Source: Candidatus Bathyarchaeota archaeon (GTDB lineage Archaea > Thermoproteota > Bathyarchaeia > Bathyarchaeales > Bathyarchaeaceae). Taken from it: a DNA stretch of 64,000 bases. Shown here in pieces: positions 54,518 to 63,108 of this stretch. Position 1 is the first letter of the stretch. Each line of letters opens with the position of its first letter. A program made the translations under genes and the position numbers. The notes beneath the pieces are model-generated. The model was not told where the DNA came from and did not search any database. It worked only from the letters and a program-made list of their open reading frames with translations. Location of the stretch: positions 13,377 to 77,376 of the forward strand of contig CAVYYP010000013.1 of NCBI GenBank assembly GCA_963772765.1, given 5' to 3'.

Positions 54518-57500
54518 TTATGCTCTTTCCTTCAATTTTAGTCGCGGAGTAATACACAAGCTCATCATCTCCTGGAGAAGCAGCTTGAAGGCATACGAAA
54601 CGACAACTGGCGATATCTGGGCTTTGTCCTCACAGATTCTGCAGGTGTACTTGCGTTGCTTGATGTCGTAATAGGATATGAAACCGCAATTCTCGCAAAC
54701 ATACAGCAGATACTTGTCAGACTCTTCCAGCAGCCTGTCACGCAGCACCATGGCGGCGCCGTGACCAATCAAGCAGTCTCGTTCCATTTCACCAAATCGC
54801 AGACCACCGCCTCTTGCCCGACCTTCAGTTGGCTGACGGGTCAACATTTGAACCTGTCCCCTAGCTCTGGCGTGCATCTTGTCTGCAACCATGTGATGGA
54901 GCTTCTGATAATATACTACTCCCATGAATATGTCAGCAACAAATTTTTCTCCAGAAACGCCGCTATACAGAATTTCTCTACCAGTGTGACTGAAGCCAAG
55001 CTTGACTAATTCTTTCTTTAGTTGCTCTGGTCCCTCGTTGCTGAAGGGTGTTCCGTCTACCTTTGTTCCTCTTGCAGACCCAACTTTTCCTGCAATGGAT
55101 TCAAGGAATTGGCCAATGGTCATTCTTGAAGGCATAGCATGTGGGTTAATTATGAGGTCAGGAACGATTCCTTTTGGTGAGAAGGGCATGTCTTCTTGTG
55201 GAACAATCATACCTACTACTCCTTTCTGTCCGTGGCGAGAAGCAAACTTGTCTCCAAGCTCAGGTATTCGCTGGTCGCGGACTCTGACTTTTACGATTTT
55301 GCTTCCTTCTCCGGTTTCTGTGATGAAGATGTCGTCAACGACTCCAGCTTCTGATGGGCGCACATCAACGGATGTGTCACGCATTGTTGGACCTTTGACT
55401 TCAAATTCTTTGTATTCTTCAAGGAATCTTGGTGGGCTTGTTCTTCCGATTAGGACGTCTCCGCCTGCTACTTCAGATTCTAGGCTTACTATGCCGTCAG
55501 GTTCTAGTAGGCGGTAGTATTGTTCGCCTCTGTATCCTCTGATTCCTGCTTCTGGAACTAGGAACCTGTCTCTGAGTCCTCCGAGGTATTGGCGGCATTC
55601 TGCTTCGTAGATTCTGAAGAATGTTGAGCGCATTAGACCTCGTTCGATTGAGGCTTTGTTGAATATGATGGCATCTTCCATGTTGTAGCCTTCAAAGGAC
55701 AGGATGGCTACGATACAGTTCTGTCCCGAGGGTCTGTTTGTGTATCCGATGATGTCCATTGGTTTTGTTTTAACCAAGGGCGTCTGTGGATAGTGTAGCA
55801 TGTGAAGTCTTGAGTCGACACGGTTGGGGAAGTTTGTTAGGTTGATTCCTAGAGCTTGTTTGGACATTGCTGCTTCATATGAGTTACGTGGAGACTGGTT
55901 GTGTTCGGGGTAAGGTATGATGGATGCACAGATTCCCAATATTGTGTAGGTTGAAATTTCTACGTGAGTATGCTCGGGGGTTATTGCATCAAAGTCTATT
56001 GCAACATAGATATTTTCTTCTTCTTCAGCATCTATGTATTCGAGTATTCCTCGTTTGATGAGGTCGTCCCAGAGCCATTCTCCGGAGCGAATCTTTTCAA
56101 CATGTTCAGGCTTTAGCTTAGGCACACCATTCTCTAGTATAATCAGAGGTCGGCGTACACGTCCCTGATCGCAACTCAAGTAAACTTCTTCTGCTTCGCC
56201 GCCGTTTGCCTTTGAGAAATATGCAACATTAACTTCAGTGGACAGTTCGCCGTTTCGTCGCTTTCTTCGGATTTCGTCAACTAGCTCCTGAGGAGTTGGA
56301 CAATATCCCAGAATCGAGCCGTTAACGTAGACTTTAGCACTCGACGCACGAATATCCACGTCGGTTTCTTCTACTGGAATAACATCCATTTGATAAAGAA
56401 CATTCTTGATTGCAGCAGGTTCAACAAAAATAGAAGTTGAAGCAGCTAATGAAAGGTTCTTTACGAGACCACAGTTTGAGCCTTCAGGTGTTTCGTTTGG
56501 ACAAAGCCTGCCCCAGTGAGTTGGGTGTAAGTCTCGCGCTTCAAAGTTTGGTTGACTGCGGCTAAGAGGAGACTGAAGACGCCTAAGGTGGCTCAAGGTT
56601 GAGACTGTGTTTGTTCTGTCAAGAAGCTGAGTGATTCCGACGCGTCCTCTGCCCCAGTTTCCTGTTGCAAGAGCGTGTCTGTGCCTGTCAGTTACTATTC
56701 CAGGACGAACAGCAGCCGAGATAGTGATGAGCTGTCTTTTTACGCCCATTCGTTCAAGCTGATATTTTATGTCTCTGCAAAGGTTTCTGAAGGCAATCCT
56801 GAACAGGTCAGCCAATAGTGGACCTGCCAGCTTCAATCGTTTGTTTTTGAAGTGGTCTTTGTCGTCTTGTTTTCTGATTCCGAGCTTAAGTTCGATGACT
56901 CTGCTGGCCATTTCACCAAGAAAGAGCGCCTTTTCGAGGCGGTTTTCTTCAGTTCTGCCAATGTGGGGCAAAAAGTTTCTGTCAATTATGCTTCGTGCTT
57001 TCTGGTTACGGTATTCTTCAACTTGGCCGTGGGCAACACGGTTTCCGATGTACATCAGGGCATCGCTGATTGTGTCAAAGCCTGCAGCTTTTTCAAAGGA
57101 TGCTTCAAGCTCGTTCTGAATTATTGGGTCAGGAGACACAGTTTCTGCGATGTCCTTGTCGGATTCTATTCCAAGTGCCCTCATGAGGATTACAAATGGG
57201 GCTTCTGTTGGAACTCCAGGTATAGAAACAAAGAGTCCCCCGTCAGATTTCATTCTCAGCTGGATTCTTGCTCTGAAACCAACTGTTGTTGAGAAGATTT
57301 TTGCCTGATAGACTGGCTTTGTTCCTCTGGTGTCGACGTCCACAAGAACGCGGTTTGGTGCTAGGTCTTCCATTGCTACAACGACACGTTCTGAGCCGTT
57401 GATAAGGAAGTAACCGCCAGGATCATGTGGATCTTCGCCATACTCGATTAGTTCCTCTTCAGTTAATTGTGAAAGTATACAAAGTTTGGACTTTAGCATA

Positions 57501-57883
57501 ACAGGAAGGTCGCCTATTAGAACAAGTTCGGGTTCTTGTTCTCTTCCATCTATGACTGGAGTCATTTCCAGTGCAAGTGGCGCCGCATATGTTAGGTTGC
57601 GGAAGCGTGCTTCCATTGGGAAAATTTCATGTTTTGTTCCGTCAACTTCGGTTTTGTAGGGTCTGCTAATTTTTGACTGGGGGTCTATTATCCAAAGTTG
57701 ACCAAGTTTTATTTTGTACGGCATTTCGGGGATTTCGATGCTGATTTCGCCTATTTCATCGATGACTTCTTGAAGTCCTGTGTCGATGAATTTGTTGTAT
57801 GAGTCTAAATGCTGTCTAACTAAGCCTTTCTCTTTGAAGAAAGATTTCTGGAGAAGAAGAAGGTCATCTTGTGAAGTTACCAA
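54518..57883 (-). CDS. rpoB: DNA-directed RNA polymerase subunit B (unsplit)
   Basis: 1121 aa with ..GLVRQHLDSYNKFI.., ..SHLRRL..P.., ..FASRHGQKGV.., ..GGLRFGEMERD.. and C-terminal zinc ribbon CENCG...CRIC. TTG start after GGGAGGA. Confidence 0.95.
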   Translation of the reverse strand: MVTSQDDLLLLQKSFFKEKGLVRQHLDSYNKFIDTGLQEVIDEIGEISIEIPEMPYKIKLGQLWIIDPQSKISRPYKTEVDGTKHEIFPMEARFRNLTYAAPLALEMTPVIDGREQEPELVLIGDLPVMLKSKLCILSQLTEEELIEYGEDPHDPGGYFLINGSERVVVAMEDLAPNRVLVDVDTRGTKPVYQAKIFSTTVGFRARIQLRMKSDGGLFVSIPGVPTEAPFVILMRALGIESDKDIAETVSPDPIIQNELEASFEKAAGFDTISDALMYIGNRVAHGQVEEYRNQKARSIIDRNFLPHIGRTEENRLEKALFLGEMASRVIELKLGIRKQDDKDHFKNKRLKLAGPLLADLFRIAFRNLCRDIKYQLERMGVKRQLITISAAVRPGIVTDRHRHALATGNWGRGRVGITQLLDRTNTVSTLSHLRRLQSPLSRSQPNFEARDLHPTHWGRLCPNETPEGSNCGLVKNLSLAASTSIFVEPAAIKNVLYQMDVIPVEETDVDIRASSAKVYVNGSILGYCPTPQELVDEIRRKRRNGELSTEVNVAYFSKANGGEAEEVYLSCDQGRVRRPLIILENGVPKLKPEHVEKIRSGEWLWDDLIKRGILEYIDAEEEENIYVAIDFDAITPEHTHVEISTYTILGICASIIPYPEHNQSPRNSYEAAMSKQALGINLTNFPNRVDSRLHMLHYPQTPLVKTKPMDIIGYTNRPSGQNCIVAILSFEGYNMEDAIIFNKASIERGLMRSTFFRIYEAECRQYLGGLRDRFLVPEAGIRGYRGEQYYRLLEPDGIVSLESEVAGGDVLIGRTSPPRFLEEYKEFEVKGPTMRDTSVDVRPSEAGVVDDIFITETGEGSKIVKVRVRDQRIPELGDKFASRHGQKGVVGMIVPQEDMPFSPKGIVPDLIINPHAMPSRMTIGQFLESIAGKVGSARGTKVDGTPFSNEGPEQLKKELVKLGFSHTGREILYSGVSGEKFVADIFMGVVYYQKLHHMVADKMHARARGQVQMLTRQPTEGRARGGGLRFGEMERDCLIGHGAAMVLRDRLLEESDKYLLYVCENCGFISYYDIKQRKYTCRICEDKAQISPVVVSYAFKLLLQEMMSLCITPRLKLKERA

Positions 57884-58230
57884 ATTTATCTAAATCCTCC
57901 CTAAAATGCTCTGGTAATACGGGAAGTTCGAGGGTTTGTTCTCTATTTTTCTCAAATTGGGAGTTTCCTCCGCTGTGGGCGGTATAATCCAACCCTAAAA
58001 GTCGGGTCTCCTTAATTAAGCTTCAAATTTACTTTTGAGAGCTAACATCGTAAACCACCGTGCCCATTAATAAATTTTGTCATTGCAAAATATGGGTCAT
58101 ATTAACTTTACGTAGATTACGTGAATTAAACAAAAATATATTCCAAAATGCAAAATCAGAACAGAAAGCCTGCGACACAAAAATGGGGCTGATGAATAAA
58201 TTTTGCAATCAATCTTATACGTTTGTGGTG

Positions 58231-58729
58231 TTAGCTGTCATCCATTTTTTCGAGTTTCTGTTTTTCCAGAGCACCAGAATATATTCTAGAGGCAACGCCA
58301 GCGATGAGTCCGCTGATTGCATCATTTGCTATTGGACCTAATTTTCTTAGGATTCCAGGCTTTGACTGGTCGTAGCGTATAAATTCGAAGATTCCTCTGG
58401 TTCCTGCGATGTAGTCGGCTATTACCATACCTAGGGTACTCGTCAACGATTAGTCCTGGGCGCTTGAACTGTTCTTTGGGGAGAAGTGGTATCCGTCCTG
58501 CTTGTCCAGCTTCTTCTGCTTCGAAGCATGCAACTTCTAGGACTGCTACGTTGACGTCTGTTAGTGCCTCGTAGAATCCTGCCTTGAAAAGTTCGATTGC
58601 TTTTTCTCGTGTTTCTACTCCAGGATGAGGAATGTAGAGTTCTAGTGCTGTGTCTAATATGTCTTTTAGGGTTACTCCGTGTTCTTCTAGATATTTGAGT
58701 AAAGGTAAATCGTTAAATTCGGTTTCCAT
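58231..58729 (-). pseudogene. cobZ: PgpA-family phosphatase (CobZ-like alpha-ribazole phosphatase candidate), one extra base at 58434-58436
   Basis: ORF 58322-58729 ends ..RPGLIVDEY then nonsense. ORF 58231-58446 continues LGMVIADYIAGTRGIFEFIRYDQSKPGILRKLGPIANDAISGLIAGV. Joined, it parallels E. coli PgpA (IVWDEFIGMWIT..FRILDMWKPWPIR..DDIVAGV). It is divergent from cobT. Confidence 0.6.
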
Positions 58730-58817
58730 GCTGACACCAAACCCGTATAATTTGTGTATTGACTATTTTCAGTAAGAAATTTAAACAGTTGGTTGAATAG
58801 TCCAGTTCATTCTGAAA

Positions 58818-59930
58818 ATGAACATAAATGTGGAGTGTTACAAGATGCATGACATAATTTTAGCGCACAACGAAACAAAAGTCAAAACCCTACTAGAAAT
58901 GTTAGATGGAAAAAAGCCACTTTTTAGCTGCGTCATTGGCGTTACTGAAACAGCAAAAATTCAGGGAATATCAGCGGCAGGCGCAAACCCCGAAATAACA
59001 GACTACACGCCACCAGCAGACGTTGAACTCTTGCACCTTGGAAAATGCAAATGCATCCCAGGCGTGCCAGTGACCCCTGACGGCATCCCCACCCCAGCAC
59101 TAATCACAATGTCTGCTCTCAACCTTGCCGATATACCAACACTTGTAGTAAGCGCAGGCTTGAGAGTAAAGCCCCAGATTCCCTATGTAGAACTTGGAGG
59201 CTGCCCCGGAAAAGACATACGAACAGGCAAAGCCCTCAACAGCGCAGAAGAAGTGATAAGCAGAGCAAAGATTCTTGGAGAAAACTTGACAAAAACCGCT
59301 GACTATCTAGTTGTCGGCGAAAGCATTCCCGGAGGCACAACAACAGCCCTAAGCGTACTCTTGGCAATGGGAGTAGACGCAAAAGGCAAAGTCAGCAGCA
59401 GCATGCCTATGAATCCTCATGAACTTAAAATAAAAACAGCAGAAGAAGCACTCAAAGCCGCAAACATAAACGAAGGACAATTCTGTGATGACCCAGTAGC
59501 CGCAGTTTCGGCTGTAGGTGACCCAATGCAGCCTGCCGCAGCAGGACTTATAGTTGGCGCCGCCAAAAACGTGCCTGTTATTATGGCTGGGGGAACCCAG
59601 ATGGCTGCGGTTCTGGCTGTTGTAGCCGGACTAAACAAAGACATACTATTCAATGTGGCGATTGGAACTACTCGTTGGATTGTAAATGACAAAACCTCTG
59701 ATATTAGGGGACTTGTTTCTAAGATTGCTGATGTTCCAGTGCTTGCCGCAGATCTAGACTTTAGCCAGTCAAAGTTTGATGGACTAAAAGCATACGAGGC
59801 AGGTGTAGTAAAAGAGGGCGTCGGATGCGGAGGAGCAGCAACAGCCGCAATGCTAAAGTCAAAAGGAGAAATCACCAAAAACACTCTACTGGAACAGATT
59901 GAGCACAACTACAAGCAACTAGTAGGATAA
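58818..59930 (+). CDS. cobT: archaeal-type nicotinate-nucleotide--dimethylbenzimidazole phosphoribosyltransferase (CobT, UPF0284 family)
   Basis: ..FSCVIGVTETAKIQGISAAGANPE...PADVE....G........P.TP.G.PTPALIT..VVGESIPGGTTTA.. is typical of the MJ1598-like CobT family. An alternative start lies at 58845. Confidence 0.75.
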   Translation: MNINVECYKMHDIILAHNETKVKTLLEMLDGKKPLFSCVIGVTETAKIQGISAAGANPEITDYTPPADVELLHLGKCKCIPGVPVTPDGIPTPALITMSALNLADIPTLVVSAGLRVKPQIPYVELGGCPGKDIRTGKALNSAEEVISRAKILGENLTKTADYLVVGESIPGGTTTALSVLLAMGVDAKGKVSSSMPMNPHELKIKTAEEALKAANINEGQFCDDPVAAVSAVGDPMQPAAAGLIVGAAKNVPVIMAGGTQMAAVLAVVAGLNKDILFNVAIGTTRWIVNDKTSDIRGLVSKIADVPVLAADLDFSQSKFDGLKAYEAGVVKEGVGCGGAATAAMLKSKGEITKNTLLEQIEHNYKQLVG

Positions 59931-59938
59931 ACTTCTGT

Positions 59939-60643
59939 TCATGGATGGAATGGACAACTTTCTTGTAGGCATTCTTTGTTTAGCGGAAAGAATTCGCACT
60001 TTGTGTTTTTATTTAGTTTGAAGGTTACTCCAAAGTTTTCTTTCACAAACTTTGCTGCCTGCTCTATTGTTAGGAAGGTGTTTCGTTTGCAGCATCTTGG
60101 TCCCCCATGCTCAGCTATAAGAAGGAGGCTTTTTGCTGTTGACAGGTTAGCTAGACGCCATTCCTGTTTAGAAAGGGGATTTGCGTCAGTTATCAAGCTG
60201 ACAAAGATGCCTGTTCCTACTGCTGCCCCACAGTCGCCATAGAATCCGCAGAATCCGCCCAGAATTTGTGAAGCCCTCTTTTTTGCCATCCTGATCTTGG
60301 TTGCCTTAGCCTTCTGGTCGCCCTTAATGTTATAGTATGCAGCCAAAAGAACAGCAGGGACAAGAAAATGGTGCTCTGGACCATGCATCTTCACGTTAGA
60401 ATTTCGTAGCAGATTAAGCGCAAGCTCCAGCGGGTCTTCTGACCTGCTTGCTATGCAATAATTTTGTATCAAGTCAACGGCTGACGCGCTGTGGCACTGG
60501 TCGCAGACGTAGTGTCCGTTTTTGCATTTTGTGTTTGATTCAAACTCTTGCTTGCAGTAGAAGCACTCTAACGGAGTGGACTCGTCGGTGTATTCTAGTT
60601 CTTCGCCGCAGATTAGGCATCCAGTTTTGTGCTCTGAGGACAT
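59939..60643 (-). CDS. Cys-rich protein of unknown function (N-terminal double zinc ribbon), co-oriented with arsM/acr3
   Basis: MSSEHKTGCLICGEELEY....CFYCK......CKNGHYVCDQCH.. then ..GGFCGFYGDCGAAVGTG.. and ..GGPRCCKRN..C...P....C....CPFHP. It lies 38 nt downstream of arsM. Confidence 0.5.
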   Translation of the reverse strand: MSSEHKTGCLICGEELEYTDESTPLECFYCKQEFESNTKCKNGHYVCDQCHSASAVDLIQNYCIASRSEDPLELALNLLRNSNVKMHGPEHHFLVPAVLLAAYYNIKGDQKAKATKIRMAKKRASQILGGFCGFYGDCGAAVGTGIFVSLITDANPLSKQEWRLANLSTAKSLLLIAEHGGPRCCKRNTFLTIEQAAKFVKENFGVTFKLNKNTKCEFFPLNKECLQESCPFHP

Positions 60644-60681
60644 TTCTGCTCATCTTAAGTTTCGGAAAGATAGCAAAGTTG

Positions 60682-61461
60682 TTAGGTTTTGTGGGCTTCG
60701 ATTTGTATGCTGACTATTTTTCCTCTTAGCTGTGGAGCAAGGTCTATAGTGTAGGGTTTTTGTGAAGCAATCTTGACGTTTTTGAATCCTGCTTCGGCGA
60801 TTTTGTTTAGGTAATCACTTTTTTCTAGTGCGCCTGCGATGCATCCTGCCCAAGCATCAAAACTTTTTCTGACTTCATCGGGCAATTCTCCGCTGGTGAC
60901 AAGGTCAGAGACCATTAGTCTGCCATCGGTTTTCAGAACCCTGTAAGCTTCCTTGAATACTTTGAGCTTGTCTGGAGCCAAGTTGATGACACAATTGCTG
61001 ATAATAACATCCACGCTGTTGTCTTCAACGGGAAGGTTTTCGATTTCTCCTAAACGAAACTCAACATTGGTGTAACCATGCTTTGAAGCCGTTTCCGTGG
61101 CTCTTTGTAGCATCTCGTCTGTCATGTCCACTCCAATTACTTTCCCGTTTGGTCCTATCTTCTTTGATGCCAGAAAAGCGTCTATGCCTCCGCCTGAGCC
61201 TAGGTCTAGAACGGTTTCGCCTTCTTTTAGGCTTGCAAGGGCTACTGGGTTTCCGCAGCCCAAGCCCAGAACTGACTCCTCGGGCACGCTTTCTATGTCG
61301 TCTGGAGAGTAGCCGATTTTCCATGCAACATACTGTGGAGGAGTGCCACAGCTAGTTGATGAGCAGCAGGAGGTTGAACAGCTTGAGCATTCTTTTTGTG
61401 CTATCTCGCCGTACCGCTTTTTTACATATTCTTTTACTTTTTTATCTTCCATTTCGTTCAC
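60682..61461 (-). CDS. arsM: arsenite S-adenosylmethionine methyltransferase (ArsM-like)
   Basis: ..[19 protein letters not shown].., ..LGLGCGNP.., SAM motif [11 protein letters not shown], and ..[15 protein letters not shown]. All are characteristic of ArsM/AS3MT. Confidence 0.8.
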   Translation of the reverse strand: MNEMEDKKVKEYVKKRYGEIAQKECSSCSTSCCSSTSCGTPPQYVAWKIGYSPDDIESVPEESVLGLGCGNPVALASLKEGETVLDLGSGGGIDAFLASKKIGPNGKVIGVDMTDEMLQRATETASKHGYTNVEFRLGEIENLPVEDNSVDVIISNCVINLAPDKLKVFKEAYRVLKTDGRLMVSDLVTSGELPDEVRKSFDAWAGCIAGALEKSDYLNKIAEAGFKNVKIASQKPYTIDLAPQLRGKIVSIQIEAHKT

Positions 61462-62488
61462 CTTTTTTGTCTGTTTTCCAGAATCCTCTTTTTCCTAGAT
61501 TCTTGCCCAGATACACAAGACTAAGCATGACTGGAACTTCCCAGAACAACCCCATTGTTGTTCCCAGAGCAGCTTGTGAACCTAATCCGTAGAGGCTAAT
61601 TGCTGTAGCGATTGCGATTTCAAAGTGACTAGAGGAACCGATGATGACCGAGATTATTCCTTCTTTGTATCTGAGTCCAGCAATCTTTGTGACCAGCAAG
61701 TTGATGCCTACGACTATGAAAAATCCAAGCAGCAAAGGAACAGACACTAGTACCATTTCTTCAGGGTTCGCTATAAGCACATTGCCATTAAGGGAAAAGA
61801 TTACAACTAATGTTGCCAGAAGAGCAAAAATCGATATTTTATTAACTGCTGGACGGTAGCTATGTTTGAACCATTCTGCTCCTTTCCTGTTTGTGAGCGC
61901 CCTCTTTGAGATGACGCCCAGCACCATCGGGATTCCTATGAAAACAAACACAGCCAAAAGAAGCGACAACCTGTCAATCTGAATATTTCTAATGCCAGTT
62001 AAGAGCGAAACAACAGGCGCATACAAGAACATTATCGTAATCGTGTTCAATGTGGTGTTGACAACGTTCTGTTCTTGGTTTCCATTAGCTAAGGAGCCCC
62101 AGACCAATACCATTGCAGTGCATGGACTAGAGCCGAGCAAAATTAGGGAGACGATAAGTTGGTCGTGTCCTGCCAAGAAATAGTATGCCAACAGGGCGGT
62201 TATCAGTGGTGCCCAAATCCAGTTAGACAGAATCGTCAAAAGGATTGGTTTTGGGTTTTTTGCCAGCTTCTTTAGTTCACCGAATTGCAGGTTCAAGAGA
62301 GCTGGATACATCATGAGAAAAAGGCATACGCCGATGGGGATGGATATTCCAGCAAATTGTAAGCCGTTGATTGCTTGGCTTAGTTCTGGGAGGACTTGGG
62401 AAAGAAAGAGTCCTGCCATCATACATAAGAAAACCCAGACGACTAGATATTTTTCGAAAAAGCTTAGGGTTTTCTTTTTTGGTGCCAT
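61442..62488 (-). CDS. acr3: ACR3 family arsenite efflux transporter
   Basis: ..[66 protein letters not shown].. are ACR3 signatures. It overlaps arsM by 20 nt. Confidence 0.85.
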   Translation of the reverse strand: MAPKKKTLSFFEKYLVVWVFLCMMAGLFLSQVLPELSQAINGLQFAGISIPIGVCLFLMMYPALLNLQFGELKKLAKNPKPILLTILSNWIWAPLITALLAYYFLAGHDQLIVSLILLGSSPCTAMVLVWGSLANGNQEQNVVNTTLNTITIMFLYAPVVSLLTGIRNIQIDRLSLLLAVFVFIGIPMVLGVISKRALTNRKGAEWFKHSYRPAVNKISIFALLATLVVIFSLNGNVLIANPEEMVLVSVPLLLGFFIVVGINLLVTKIAGLRYKEGIISVIIGSSSHFEIAIATAISLYGLGSQAALGTTMGLFWEVPVMLSLVYLGKNLGKRGFWKTDKKGERNGR

Positions 62489-62636
62489 GGGTGGTTCCCC
62501 AGAGTTTGGTTATTTATTTTGTCGTTGTCTTGCGACGTAGGTTGCGCATGTTGGTGATTGGCAGCATTCGCTGTCTGGGATTCCGTATGGGCAGTTTAGT
62601 TGTTTGCTCATGTTTTTGGTCACTTCTATTAACATT

Positions 62637-62672
62637 AAACGTATAAATAATTTTAGATATATTTATACGTTT
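62637..62672. promoter_or_regulatory. candidate ArsR operator: perfect 13-bp inverted repeat with 10-bp spacer, overlapping a TTTATA box
   Basis: AAACGTATAAATA (62637-62649) and TATTTATACGTTT (62660-62672) lie in the divergent acr3/arsR intergenic region, 53-88 nt upstream of the arsR ATG. Confidence 0.5.
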
Positions 62673-62673
62673 T

Positions 62674-62685
62674 GTTTACGTAAAC
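62674..62685. promoter_or_regulatory. 12-bp perfect palindrome GTTTACGTAAAC adjacent to the inverted repeat
   Basis: Read directly from the sequence, 40 nt upstream of the arsR ATG. Confidence 0.4.
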
Positions 62686-62724
62686 ATATTTAGATGCATC
62701 AACACAAAACAATGTGAGAAAACA

Positions 62725-63108
62725 ATGAAAAACATCGACCAACGACTAAAACGGCTAACCGAAACCGACCTATGCCAAGCAGAAGTAGCAGAAGAATACC
62801 GAAAACAACTAATCCAACTAGCAGACGAAGTCGCAGATTCCAAAAAAGTAAAGAAAAACAGCAAATTCTTCAAAGCACTAGCTGACGAAAAAAGAATCAA
62901 AATAATAAAACTCCTAACAGCCAAAGAAGAAATGTGCATCTGCGAACTCATGATATGCCTAGACATGACCCAGCCAAACCTTTCTCACCACATTCAGATA
63001 CTAGAAAACGTGGGCTTAATCAAGCGCACAAAAAAAGGAAAATGGGTCTACTGTTCAATCGCAAACGAAAGACAAGTAGAAAACTTGACAAAACTCAACC
63101 TGCTGTAA
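62725..63108 (+). CDS. arsR: ArsR/SmtB family metalloregulator
   Basis: ..KALADEKRIKIIKLLTAKEEMCICELMICLDMTQPNLSHHIQILENVGLIKRTKKGKWVYCSI is a winged HTH with a CxC metal site. Confidence 0.85.
   Translation: MKNIDQRLKRLTETDLCQAEVAEEYRKQLIQLADEVADSKKVKKNSKFFKALADEKRIKIIKLLTAKEEMCICELMICLDMTQPNLSHHIQILENVGLIKRTKKGKWVYCSIANERQVENLTKLNLL

Noticed and set aside
57884-58230. Search for rpoH upstream of rpoB
   Set aside because: All three minus-strand frames were translated. They contain only short stop-interrupted peptides with no resemblance to RpoH (no ..LVPEH.. core in an open frame with a start codon).
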